Shown here one piece after another: positions 22,643-35,283 of a DNA stretch of 64,000 nucleotides. This stretch comes from Selaginella moellendorffii. Its lineage: Eukaryota > Plantae > Lycopodiophyta. Where the stretch lies: contig NW_003314283.1 in NCBI RefSeq assembly GCF_000143415.4, forward strand, positions 923,734-987,733, given 5' to 3'. How positions within the stretch are numbered: position 1 is the first letter of the stretch; every line of letters starts with the position of its first letter. The notes under the pieces were generated by a model that saw only the letters and a list, made by a program, of their open reading frames with translations, was not told the DNA's origin and did not search any database. The position numbers and the translations under genes were made by a program.

Positions 22643-25600
22643 GAGCTTTCTGTTTGGACTCCCCGAATAAAAATCTTTTCTTATTTATCAAGCTCCTCAC
22701 CACCTTTCATCAAAGCCACCACCAATTCCTACAACTTCTGCATCCTATGTCTCCTTTCTTTCACCGGACAAGGCTCTGGCACTATTGGACTCGGGTGCAA
22801 CTTCCTGCTTCATGGACACGGACTTTGCTGCCTGACATCACGTTCCTCTTTCTCCTACCATATGGGATCTAAGGGTTGAAGGCATCGGCAGGCATTTTGT
22901 GTCTCCATCTTCTGGACTTAGGGAAACATTGCCCGTTCGAGTACACATCGGGTCCACTATTGCCGATATCGCCTTCAACATTATCAACAGCAAGTCCTCC
23001 TCTGTGGTGCTCGACCTTCCTTGGTTCCAACTACACCAGCCTCAGATCTGTTGGAAGGAATTACAGCTCATCTCTCCGTCACCATCTCCCACGGCTTCCC
23101 CTGCTGTTCATCGAGTCCAAATCAGGAAAAGTTCCCTAAACTCAAATCGGGGTTCTATTCCTGACTCTACAAAGTTTTCACCCTCTTCTTTTCCCTCTCT
23201 TTCTTCTTACACTAGACAGTATCCTTGTCTCATCATTCCATTTAGTCGTACACCTCTTCCTATCTCCACAATCACTATGAAAGAACTCCTTCATGAAGAA
23301 CTTATTTTCCTTTTTGCTTTGCATATTTCTCTTGTCAGTCTTCCTGAGAAGTATCATGATTTTGGGGATGTGTTTGACAAGAAAAAAGCTAATGTACTAC
23401 ATGTTCATCGACCTTATGATTGTCCCATTAATTTACAGGAAGGAGCATCACTTCCGTGGGGGCCTATCTACAGGTTATCCCCTTCCGAGCTTAAGGCCCT
23501 TAAAGAGTACGTGGATGAGAACCTTGCCTCAGGGTACATTCAGCATTCGCAGTCCCCAGCTGGAGTGCCTGTCTTCTTTGTCAAGAAGAAGGATGGGAGT
23601 TTGCGGCTAGTTATTGACTACCGAGGTTTGAACAAGGTGACTGTTAGGAACCGTTATCCGCTGCCCTTGATTTCAGACCTGTTGGAATGCCTCGGCAGTG
23701 CCCACTTCTTCACCAAGATCAACCTCTGTGGAGCATACAACCTAATCCAGATCCGGCCTGGCGATGAATGGAAGACTGCATTCTGAACCTATTATGGCCA
23801 CTTCAAGTACATTGTCATGCCATTTGGCTTGACAAATGCTCCAGCAGTTTTTCAACACATGGCAAATGACATCTTTCGGGAGTTTCTTGATCAGATGGTG
23901 ATTGTATACCTCGACGACATCCTCATCTACTCAAAAACTCAGGAGGAGCACGACGAGCATGTGTGCAAGGTGCTGGCGAAGTTGCGAGAACACGGCCTAT
24001 ACGTGAAGCTTGAGAAATGTTCCTTCGATCAGGAGTCTGTGGAGTTCCTTGGGTACATTGTCACTCTTGAGGGTATCACGATGGATCCTGCCAAAGTCAA
24101 GACTATTCTCAAATGGGAGCCTCCACAATCAATGTCAGACATTCAAGTTTTCCTTGGCTTCACTAACTTCTACTGCAAATTCATTGATTACTACTCTGAC
24201 ATTGTCCTTCCTCTCACGCATCTCATTTGCAAGGATGTTCCCTTCTCTTGGTCTGCTGCTGCCCAGCAGGCCTTCAACACACTCAAGGCGGCCTTCAATT
24301 CTACTCCCATCTTGATCCACGCTAATCCCTCACAACCTTTCTTCATCGAGGCTGACGCCTCCGACTTTGCCATCGGTGTTGTGCTGTCTCAACTCGGAGC
24401 GGATTAGGAATTTCATCTGGTCGCTTTCCATTCTTAGAAATTCCAGCTTGCGGAGATCAATTACGAAATCCACGACAAGGAGCTCCTTGCCATTGTGGAT
24501 TCCTTTGGAGAGTGGCATCGTTTCTTGGAGGGGGTAATCCATCAAACAACGGTCTGGACGGATCACAAAAATCTCGAGTACTTTGCCACTTCCCGAGTTT
24601 TGAGCCGTCATCAGGCAAGGTGGGCACAATTCTTGAGTCAGTTTGACTTTGTTATCAAGTATAGACCTGGAAAGCTTCAAAGTCGTCTTGATGTTCTTTC
24701 AAGTCACTCCTATCTCAGTCTCAGGCCTAGTAATCCTACCTTCGATCAACAGGATCAGGTTATCCTTGGTCCTGATCGGCTTCAAGTTATGGCAATTTCC
24801 CTGGCCCCTCAGGACTCCTCCTTGATGGATGCAATCAGAAACAATCTTCAATCCGATGACCTTGCCAGCGACATTTTCCCCCATCTTCAGGCTAGATACC
24901 CAGTGACTCCCGATTGCCAGCGATTTGACGAGTTCGAGTTCTTAGATGGCTTGTTGTACCATGGGGAGCAACTTTACGTTCCTGAGGGTGATGCTCAAAG
25001 GTTGGTCCTGATGGTGTGCCATGATAGCCCAACTGCTGGTCACTTCGGCATTGCGAAACCTATGAGCTGGTTGCACGAGACTTTTGGTGGCCTCACATTG
25101 ACGACTACATCAAAGCTTTTGTTCCCTCAGATGACAATTGCACCTAGAATAAAGTACCTCGCCACCTTCCTTCAAGTTTTCTTCATTCCCTCCCAGTCCC
25201 TTCAAGTCCTTGGGAATCCATCTCCATGGATTTCTTGAGTGATCTTCCGAGTTCTGGAGGCTTTAACAGCATTTTAGTCATGGTGGATCGCTTCACAAAG
25301 ATGGCACACTTCTTGCCGTCTACCAAGGAGTTTTCGGGTGAGGACATAGCAAAACTAGTATTCAGGGAAATTTTCCAACTTTATGGCATTCCTGCAGATG
25401 TGGTTTCAGATCGGGGACCTCAGTCCATCTCTCATTTCTGGCAACGGTTTTTGCAGCTGCTTGGAGTGAAGGTCAACCTCTCTTCGGCGTATCATCCTCA
25501 AACTGATGGATAGTCCGAGCGAACGATTCAGACGTTGGAACAATTCCTGAGGTCCTTCATCAACTATCATCAGGATGACTGGTTCGATATCCTTCCCCTT

Positions 25601-26371
25601 GCTGAGTTCTCCTATAACAATTCTATTCACTCCTCCCTTCGAGTTTCCCCCTTCTTTGCGAACTCTGGCTGAAATCCCCAATTCAATCTCTCACTTCCTT
25701 CTCCATCCAAATCCTCTTGTTCAAATCCCCACTCTGAGGCATTTGTCTCCAACCTCCAGGAAATCCACAACTCCATCTCCTTCCACCTCTGTCGTGCTCA
25801 AGAATCTCACAAAACATTTGCCAATGTCCATCGTCAGGATTGTCCCCCTTACAATATTGGGGATAAAGTCTGGCTCCTTAGGCAAAATATCTCCACCACT
25901 AGGCCATGTCCCAAACTCAATTTCAAACACCTCAATCCTTTCCCTATCATTGCCATCATTAATCCTATCACTTATCACCTTGCACTTCCCTCCTCATATC
26001 AAATTCACCCCATTTTTCACTCCTCTCTCCTTGAGCCTTATATTCCCAGTCCTATTCCAAATCGGGTCATTCCTCTGCTTCCACCAGTGCAGCTCGAGGA
26101 TGGGTGTGAGTACGAGGTTCAAGACATCCTTGATTCCAAGATCTCACAGTCTAAACTCTACTATCTGGTAGATTGGAAGGGTTACGAACCTGAGGAACAC
26201 ACTTGGGAACCTACGAACAACTTGATTCGTTCTCCTGACTTTGTTCAGGACTTCCACCGCCGCTATCCTTCTTGTCCCAGTCCTCATTCTTTTTCTCCAT
26301 CTCCCGTCCCTTGCCGCCCATCTCATCCTCCTCTTCGTTCTCATTCACGTCCTCGTTCCACTCATTCTTGA
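22620..26371 (+). pseudogene. pol: Gypsy pol: protease-RT-RNaseH-integrase-chromodomain
   Basis: LLDSGATSCFMD, PVFFVKKKDGSLRLVIDYRGLN, MPFGLTNAPAVFQ, VYLDDILIYS, EADASDFAIG, WTDHKNL, HDSPTAGHFG, VSDRG, SSAYHPQTDG, YEVQDILD..YLVDWKGY..TWEP. Confidence 0.92.
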
Positions 26372-29123
26372 GGAGGGGGTACTGTCAGGAATCCCCCAAT
26401 TCTTGCCACATTCCTAACTCTTGCCAAATTCCTGACCTACAAACCACATTCCTAACCCTCTAGACACTTCCCTATTCCTGACTCTCTAGATACTTCCCTA
26501 TTCCTGACTCTCTGATTTCCCGTACGATTCTTGAGTCTCAAGCCACATTTCTGATGATGACGTGGTGCCTCCTCGACCTCAACTATATTTAGGCCGTCTT
26601 CGATCCAAGAGTGGTGGAGCTTCATCAACCTATAGTATATATAGGTTAGCCTTGTTCCATTTCTCCACAATCTGAATCAACGCCAGTCTAAAGTCTAAGG
26701 TCTCTTCTTCGTTTCCATTAGCTTTTCTCTTTACCTTTTGCATTTTCCAGTCTTGATCTTGTTAAGGGTCTTGACACTGGCAATCATTGGTGATGATTGA
26801 CTATCATTTGGGATAGTTAATTATCCTTATCAAAAAGTTTTGCTTGATTGTTGCTATTACAGAATGATTCATTATTCTTTGGGATGGTGGATTCCTCCTT
26901 AGATGATAATTTGTATATCATTTTTTGATGGGATGATTGATGATCTTTCATGATGGTTAATTATTCTCTTTGATGACTTATGGCTTTTCACAATACCATA
27001 TGTTCTTTGTGGTTTACTTTGGATTGGTCTCTTGGGTTTGAGACATCAATAGGATGTTACTGACACTTATTTAAGCAACTCTGGTTCCTTCATATTACTA
27101 ACTGGAATTTATTCAAATTAGCCAATGCAATGGTTGGCATAAATGAGTGTTTATTTGTCTTGCAACATTCATTCTATTCTATTGACTATCGTTACAGTTG
27201 GTTCTAATAGATTCAGATGTTATTTCCTTCGGGTGATACATTCTTGAGCATTTTGCTTACTAGTCAATGATATTTTGTGTTCTTTGAGTTATCTTTAGTA
27301 AGTTGTTTGGCATACTATCTACTATCTTCAATAGTTAAGTTTCATTATTGAGTTTCCTTGATAATAGATTTGCTATTGACTTTTGTTAGATGGTGACTCC
27401 TATGTTTACCAATTATGATGATTTTGGTGGTTCTTATACTCTAATACTAGTTTATCGAATGATAACTTTCTTGGAATACTTTTGTATTCTAATCTAAGCT
27501 TTATTTAGTGATAATTAAGACTCTAAAATATCATTGTCTATTATCCATCTATTGATCTTTGAGTTTGGGCTAGTATAGGTAGACTAGCTTCGGCACTTCG
27601 TATGCATGTTGAAATGTTTAGTCATGGGGTAGCTATTGTCAACTGGTCACATCACCCACCTTTTTGTCGATGTTCTTTATTCCATTAAAAGGGTGTGACC
27701 GTGTAAACAACTCTAATTGCCTATTTACAGTAGTCTATTTAAACTTTACCAATGGGTTTTGTTTCTTTGCACAAGAGGGTTGGGGCCTTTGGCTTCTCTC
27801 TCTATGCCACCTGCGGGCAGGGGTGTATCACACTTTTGTAAGCTGGGTGACACATAGAGCAGCAAGGGTGGCTAACTCCGTTAGTCATTTCCTTGTTGGT
27901 GACGGCCGAAAGGTGTCTGAGTTAATAGCGCATCCGCATTAAACAAAGAGGTTGCCTCCTAACTCATTTAAGTTGGTGCATTTCTCACATAATGTGATCA
28001 CTGTGGGAGAATGTCGCGAATGTGATTTCAAGTATCAAAAGTTACATGTTGGCTAATCCTTTTGGATATTCTTTCCTTATTGCCGCGACGGCAGGAGGTC
28101 GGTATTGTTGGACCCGTTAGTAATTCTCACTTGAGCTAGTTGAGAAACTGGTCAATGAATATACACTTAAATTGGATAAACATAAGATAGGAACCCTATA
28201 TGTTTTTGCTGAGCATACTCGGCCTGGCTTGAAAAATTTGTGTTATTGGCTTGCACTTGCTAGTGTCAAGAACCCCCGTGATATTGAGCTTGGTCCCTCA
28301 ATATCACTAAATGATAGCTTACCATGTCTGTTAAACACCCTCACTACTCATTTCAGTCCCAAATGCTATTTATGGAAAGTGTTTAGATTCACTCATTTGG
28401 CACATCTATGGAATGTAGAGATTGTTCTGAATATAATGGTGTTTGTCACGTGTCCAAATTCACAATCTAAAGACATTCCATATTTAGTAAGTTTTGAGCT
28501 TGTCCCAGAGACTAACTCCTGATACTAAATGAGGCTTGGGGTGAAAGCCCAAAATGTGTGTTCCTCAAAGGGGGGGAGCTATGGGGGATTCCAAATGTAT
28601 AGTAGGGATAGTGGGTAGGTCGGGCATGGCTGACCAATCTGAGGCATAGTTTACCTCCCGCTTGCATGTCTGTCCTTGTTCTGCATCTGGCTTGGGTTTA
28701 AGCCCAAGTTCCATTCCATGCTAGCTAGTGGAGTACCCATATTCTTGTGTTAGGCCACCAGTATGCCGAAATAATGTCAGACTCTATTTAGCTCCGTTTT
28801 GTGTGTTGGTCCTAGCATTGGGATGCTAGATACTTTAGGACTATTCTAAGTCGCTCCGTGCTCCTGTCCCTTCACTCCTTGGGTTATATGCTCGGGAGTC
28901 ATTCCGTGCTCTAGTGCCATTGCTCCTTGGCTCCATGCTTGGGAGTTTGGCACCAGTCCTTCATTCAATGGCCTAAGGCCCTGAAACTCGGATTCCACAC
29001 CATTGTCTTTTGGACACATGGCATATGACACATGGCACATGAAGGGTTTAGGTTCCACTTTGTGGTTATCCTTTGGTAAATCACCATAAGATAAAGGGTA
29101 AACACCACATGCATTACAGTTGT

Positions 29124-29850
29124 GCTTGGTGGCAGGTTTCGCTTTACATTTTGTTAAAACTCTATGAGAGTAGTGAGCTCTCATTGATTTTGACTTGGTG
29201 TTGATGGCCCTACACCTTGGCTAAGGATGGTGATGTCCAACTTAATTGTTTGAGGTTGAGATGTTGGTACCTATATTATAGTTTTGTCTATGAGGAGGTT
29301 ATGTACCAATATAAGATTATCTCATAATTTTCACTTTAATTTTGACTAAATGTTAATTATGTATAGCTAGCCTCTTCAAGGCATGCTCAAAACTATTGAC
29401 TATATGCATTAGTGAGCTTATTGCTGTTGAGTTGGATTTGAGTGGTCATTTAGTTCATGCTTGTTCATGTACCTGGGGTGTTATGTTCAGGTTAGACAAG
29501 TATATAACTCGATGACATGAGTTTAATGTTTTGATCTTGTGAGAGGTAAGTTGAAGAGTGATTGTTAGTTGCTTTTTGACTAGTAATTGCTTGTAAATTT
29601 TGTCAAGGACTGTTGACACTTGTTTCACTCAATGATGATTTAACAGTGATAGATTTGCTTTACTAGATGGTATTACAAAGGATTGTGTCGTGACTTACAT
29701 AGTTTTTTCATGTTAACATGTCAATTCCTTTGTCGATATCATTTAATTACGTTTAGTCTGTGGTGTTGAATTTCATGGAGTCTTGGATATCATAATTCAC
29801 TCTTTGCTAATGTGTTATATGTAACTGAGTTTTGTTAAAGAATTAATCTT
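29124..29850 (+). mobile_element. Older copy (right part) of the 17170-29118 family internal region
   Basis: Matches 20390-21115 and is collinear with the part interrupted at 17169. Confidence 0.75.
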
Positions 29851-31693
29851 GTTCTTGGACAACTTCCATAATTTTAAAGAGTCAAAAGCCCGTTCTAAAG
29901 CTTGCATTGTCAAACCAGTGGCAATTAAAGCAGCCATCAACACTAAAACAAAGCTAAAAGAAAGTAACTAGAAAAAATAAATCACTATTCAAAGCTCTTT
30001 AACAATCAAGTTAAAGATACATATAAAGAACAAAAAACAAAGAAAGAAACTTACAGCAATCAAAGGACTTCCAAGAACAATGATGTGCGTGAAGGACAAC
30101 TGAGAAGGGTAGCTTGGTGAAAGCTCTCGACTTGGCTCTCACTAACAATTTATGTAGGTCGGGTATACTTCTTGGACGCAAGCTGATACGAAACATTATA
30201 CATTTTATGGTGACCTCCATCTCTCATGAGCTTGGGATGTATGGTTGCAAGTGGAAGGATAGCTGGCCATAGAGGAGTATGTTTTGTATTCAAGTTCGTG
30301 CATTGTTTAGCTGATTTGTTATCTTGGCATGCAGGCGTTAGAAGCAGCCACTAGGTCACCATGGCAATCACACGAAAGGAGAAAAGCTTTGCAATTGCTT
30401 TACATTATTCTTTCCTTCACTGTAAGTCATGTACATTCATACCGAGTAAAAGTCCTTGTGCAAACTTATAGTGCTGATGTGCCAAACGCCTGCAAGGAAC
30501 TTCGGGTGTTTGCTAATTCTCTTTTGTCTCCTGTTTTCTTACATTTGGTCCTTTTCAGTTGGTATCATGTATGGTGGGATTGTTTTTTCAATGCTTGGGC
30601 TAGTTGTTTGCTGCACATACGGGAAAGTAATTTTGTGCCAAACAAACCTTAAGAAGGCGTGAGGAGCTCTCGATCAATGGTTCCATATGCCTCTTGGAGC
30701 TCTACTTTGATCGGGCTTTGTTTCATCACTGAAACACCTTGCTGAGAAAAGATTTCAATTTTCTCCTCAATATTGGAAATGCCGATCGTAGCAAAGATCT
30801 TGCTGCGGCTCTTCAGAAACTAGGAGGAAAAGATTAGAACATTAGCTCGGAGCTTTCAGAGATTCAGGTAATGGGGACGTTTAGTTTTCACTATAACATG
30901 AAGTGCATTAGAATGTTGCGGAGATATCCGCTAGTTACAGAGCTATTTCAATTACGACTCTCCCAAGCTCTTTCTTCCTTTGTCCGTTTGTCTCAACGCG
31001 AATATTTTTTCTGTATAGCCAGGAATAGGCCTCATGGCCTTGCAGCAATTTACTGAAGTCAACACAGTCATGCTCTATGCCGTTGAAATTTTCCATACAG
31101 TCTAGCTACTTCTTGCAGGATTTAAGTTAGCAAACGCAGCTTCCTTGGTTCTACCCATGTTACAAGTAATTCTTGTGTATTGATTTTTTGCACGAAAGAT
31201 CGTTTTCTGTATAACAGGTAACCGTGACACTCACCTTGGAAAAGGCTGGATATTGCTGGTATGAGATCTATACTAACAGCGTCTAAATCATGTATAGTTA
31301 TCATCCGGAGGCACTTTTCTTGTGGGATTCTCATTCTTTCTACATGTAAGCTTAAAAAGATGCAATGACTTGCAAATGTTCGTGTAGCATTTTTTTTTCC
31401 TTGCGACAGAACTCATTCATTACCTTCTGGTAAGAAAAACCTTTTAAGTAAGCGTTCTAACTAAGTGACGCATCTTTCGATCCCAATGCAGAAGCTCCCA
31501 AAGCTAGCTATATGGTCTAGAGTTTGGTTTGAAAATTAAAAGAAGTCAATCCAATTTTATGTTGTATCGTTTTCTTTTGGTCCCCGAAAGTTGTCAACCA
31601 GAAGCCTTAAACTGGGCACCTTTCTAAATTGGTCTTCTATTCTGAAGATAGAAAATGGTGAAATTCCCTAAGACTTTTTAGGCGGTTGGAGCT

Positions 31694-32845
31694 ATGGTTG
31701 AAAGCGTTATTGGACAAGAGAAACGTCGTCCAAAGCGCCCCAGGTATGATCCAGATGGGATGGAGTGGCTATACGAAGACGAGGAATTCGATGTGGATGA
31801 TCCACAGGATGTTCAGAATGCGTGCTATGGTATTCGGACCTTTAGCGGAGAGAGATTGGAAGATATGTTGATGAATGCTAGGAGGTTGATTGCACGGCGA
31901 TGCTTCGAGGAGAAGGTGTTCCGTCTGGTTGAGCCCGAGAGCGACAGCGACTTAAGTTGGATTGAGCCAGAGGCTGTTGCGATGCGGGACAGGTTCCAGG
32001 ATCTCGTGGCCCGTGTGTTCTTCCAGGGGACTCTGGTGGGAGGAGGCGCTTTGATTCATCCCGATGGCTCGATTCTCACATCGATTTCCTGTCTTCCCAA
32101 GCCCCGTGGGGATCCAGACCACGTCTTTGAGGTGGAATTCAAGTTCCTCAAGCTCAAGTACTCAGCCAGAGCTATGGATATAGACGAGTTTTCCTTTACG
32201 GCAGTGCTAGTTCCCATTGAGGATCAGACCTCAACATTCCATGGCAAGAAGTGTTTCGACCGACATGTAGCGGTGTCCGACTGTGACCAGATCCTTTACG
32301 CCTTTCAGCTGGGTATGGATGTCCCCAAGAAACGTCCAACCTCTATGGATCTCAAACAGCTATGTGTCAAGCAAGGGATTACCATTCGAAGCAAAGCCAA
32401 GCCCAAGGTTTCAGAGCTCGTGGCGGCCTTGGAAGAATTCCGAGTGATCAAGATGGTTTGCTATGATGACATTGGGATGCATGGAGAGCTCGCACTGTCC
32501 ATGGGGGCCGTGGGTGCCATGGCTATAGGGTGCCCGGTTCTAAGTACTTCGGGACGAATGGTTGGAGTTATTTCGGCTATCCACAACGTTCCAGGGCGAG
32601 CCAAAGATCCACCGCTGCTTACTTTCTTTGGCGGAAGGGAGCCTTGCGAGTTCCAGTGCGTCGCTGATTTGAAGAAAGCAGATCTTCCGAAGGAGCTGAG
32701 GGACAATGTTGTGGCTGCTAAAACCATTGTGGAGTTTGCTAACGATCTCAACACAAAGTACCCGAGCTTGGAGTGGCGGGAAAGGAATCCTCTCGAGAAC
32801 TTCAGGAAGAGGAGGTTCAAGGAGGCACCCCTTGATGAAGCTTAA
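31694..32845 (+). CDS. 383-aa intronless protein: trypsin-like (HtrA-type) fold, probably catalytically dead, with a SAP-like insert
   Basis: VGGGALIHPDGSILTSISCL (cf. GSGFII..DG.ILTNAHV), GAMAIGCPVLSTSGRMVGVIS (cf. GNSGGPL.N..G.VIGI), PTSMDLKQLCVKQGI...KVSELVAALEE (SAP-like); basic NLS-like ends. Confidence 0.65.
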   Translation: MVESVIGQEKRRPKRPRYDPDGMEWLYEDEEFDVDDPQDVQNACYGIRTFSGERLEDMLMNARRLIARRCFEEKVFRLVEPESDSDLSWIEPEAVAMRDRFQDLVARVFFQGTLVGGGALIHPDGSILTSISCLPKPRGDPDHVFEVEFKFLKLKYSARAMDIDEFSFTAVLVPIEDQTSTFHGKKCFDRHVAVSDCDQILYAFQLGMDVPKKRPTSMDLKQLCVKQGITIRSKAKPKVSELVAALEEFRVIKMVCYDDIGMHGELALSMGAVGAMAIGCPVLSTSGRMVGVISAIHNVPGRAKDPPLLTFFGGREPCEFQCVADLKKADLPKELRDNVVAAKTIVEFANDLNTKYPSLEWRERNPLENFRKRRFKEAPLDEA

Positions 32846-32929
32846 ACTCATATACTTTTCTTTGTAAAGGTTTTTACTACTTTTAATAATAATTTAGCTT
32901 TAGGAAAGGAATCGAGCTTAGTTTTCCTT

Positions 32930-33415
32930 TTCCAACTCCGAAGCTAACAAGCAAATGTTGCAACGCTAACGCTTTGCCTTGTGATGCGATTGGTCTCTAC
33001 TGTCAAAACAGATCCTTCTCTTGCACTGGGTTTCTACTGTTTGTGTTTGACGGTAGAAACCCAGCGCGAGAAACCAAAATCTGAGAAAGCACGGCTCAAA
33101 ACTACAAGGGAGAAGGATAGATTGTATCCAGTGGCATTACTGCAAAACCAAATCGTCACGACCAGCGAGAGGTTTTGATTCACGAGAACCTATCACACCT
33201 GCAACCAAGCTCACACTGAGTGAGAAAACCAAAAGACCTTGGAGCGGCACTTTGTGGGAAAGCAAACGTCGCTTTATTCCAAGAAATGCTCACTATAAGA
33301 AAGAAAACGTAGGCCCAGCAGACACTTCCCAGCAAGGTGGTCTCGGGTGATTAAGAGGTGGAGCTCGGTTCTCTACAACATACACGCGGCCATCGTTTCT
33401 AACTAGAGCTTCGAT
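32930..33415 (-). pseudogene. Scrambled, condensed duplicate of the 3' part of ATG4
   Basis: Collinear blocks match 35445-36180 (e.g. ctgcaaaaccaaatcgtcac, cactttgtgggaaagcaaacgtcgct, gcggccatcgtt), with deletions and two short inverted blocks (~33011 and ~33360). Confidence 0.8.
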
Positions 33416-33475
33416 TTTCACAAAATAAATAAGCGTTAAGTTAGGGTTGTTTCCGTGAATGCTCTAGAGTGCGAG

Positions 33476-34969
33476 ATGTCAAGGCCCAGGGTAAGCTTTC
33501 CATTCTAGATTTTCTATTTTCTTAGCTCGTTTTCCCCTGTGTAGTACAAGAGTTATCCGAAGGTTGTGGAGCCCAAAGAGCGAATACTTGAGCACTGCAA
33601 GGGGAAATCTGCTGCTGCCGCAGTGGTTTCGAGGGCCACGGATAATGCACTGCAGAAGTTGGCTGAGGAAACCAAGGAGACTGCCGAGTCTGCCCAAGCA
33701 AGTGAGCGTGCTGAAGGGTTGAAGCAGACAGCGGAAGAGGTAAAGAAGCAAAGCGTGAGCCAGCCGCCATCGGTGTCTACTACAAGCAAGTGGAAGAAGT
33801 GGTTGGTCACGGATCCTGCCGAGATTGCCCCTCACTTCTACGACAAAGATTTGTTCCGAGCTAACTTCCCGCTGATTGATGTGGAGGAAATTCCAGAAGG
33901 CCACCCATTTCCTGTCCCAGACAAGTTCGAGGGTGCTGTGCTTGACGACGAGGCAACTCGGGTTGCGAGGAAGAAGTGGATCAGTAGGCTGTTCGATGCC
34001 ACCAGCGCTTACAAGGCCCCGGAGAATGAGAAACAAGCGTTTCCTTTGCATTTTGCGTTTTTGGAGCCTCTCCAGAAGCTGACGAGGCCCTCCAGGCACG
34101 ATTTGCAGAAGCATGAAGAATGCTGTGGAAAGAGGAAATGGCGGTACGAGGACATCCGTGATATTGGCAGGCCGAAGCCCAGAAAGACTGGATCCGAGGA
34201 GCACGAAGGCATGTACTTGGAAGTGCCAGAACCGCATCATCCTGGTGAAGATGACTCAGATGACGAGGAAGCTGTGGAAGTGAAAGGAGGTCTCAAAGAC
34301 GTTCCAACCGGTTCTGCGGGCGGTGTCATCCACGTCTTCGATGATCCTCAGCTCGGCATCACTGCTCGTGGCAACCCGGACAAGGTGGCAGCGGTTCTAG
34401 AACGAAACTTCTTTGAAGACAAGCTCAAGTGGAATGGACGTTTTCGAGGAGGCTTCTACGCTGTGAAGCACTGCCTCGACAACCTGGGAAAAGGTCACGG
34501 AAGTGTGATTTATGTGCTTGTCATGGCCTCTGCAACATGGACGTATGGGATCCTTGTCCCTGAAGGCTGCGTAGAGATTCGCAATGGCACGATCGAAAGC
34601 GAGTCTATGGAACAGTTCCAGAAACACCAGGCTATGACAGGGCAGTCCTCGGCGAATTTGGAGGCGCTGCAAGTGAAGCTTAAGACCGGAACGGCATTTT
34701 ACCGACGCTGCTATCGTGATAACCCGGCTGCAGTGTACAAAGATGGCCCCATGCTTGTTGGGAAATTCTACTTGTGCTCTACTTGGTTCCGGCTACCCAG
34801 GATGGTGGTCGGGGGAGGTCGCGATCCCGGCGGCCGCAGGCTGTTCGATGGTCTCCTCAGGCTTGTTATTGGAGACTCGGTCATGGATCTGACCAAGGAA
34901 GACTTTGAGCTGCGGATGCGTCTCAGGAAGGAGATGAAAATGCAGCGGCAGGATGCGTGGTTCTCATGA
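33476..34969 (+). CDS. Hypothetical ~480-aa protein, possible C-terminal restriction-endonuclease-like fold
   Basis: Exon 33476-33490 (MSRPR), intron 33491-33544, long exon to 34969; AVEVK followed by a ...IYVLVMASATWTYGIL pattern. Confidence 0.6.
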
Positions 34970-35283
34970 ATCTCCCGCGTTTCTATGTCTTTTGGTGCTT
35001 CATTACTCTCATGCGTCTTAAGAACTGGTTGTCTGTCAAAGCAGGAAGGTTTTTCAATCCAGTCAATGCAATGTTAACATAGTCAATGAGAAGTCAATGA
35101 AAGTCTTGAGAATGCAACATAGTCAATGAAAGTCTTCAGATAAAATATCATGGAACTTGGCGTGTTGGTAATGAAAGAAAGAACCAAAAGGTTATTGCTG
35201 CTGTGTGATTAAAAGGAAAAAGAATCGCTGTACACGAACGAACATCAAGCTTCGTTTCTCTTGGTGCATCAAATCGTATCAAA

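Larger units (their letters stand above)
21214..26776 (+). mobile_element. Ty3/Gypsy chromovirus (Tf1/Tcn1-like), full-length but disabled
   Basis: LTRs 21214-21573 and 26383-26776, TSD CTGGC, PPT gaggaggggg at 26370-26379. Contains gag from 21671, protease LLDSGAT, RT YLDD, RNase H, integrase and a chromodomain; many stops and frameshifts. Confidence 0.95.
17170..29118 (+). mobile_element. Non-autonomous/degenerate LTR retrotransposon with ~1.1-kb LTRs, host of the nested Gypsy
   Basis: LTRs 17170-18320 and 28012-29118 (TG...CA), TSD GTTGT (17165-17169 / 29119-29123), tRNA-iMet PBS TGGTATCAGAG at 18323-18333, purine-rich gtgggagaa before the 3' LTR; no intact gag-pol. Confidence 0.85.

Noticed and set aside
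27840-27945. Twister or other ribozyme-like segment before the 3' LTR
   Set aside because: Required conserved core and pseudoknot pairings not found
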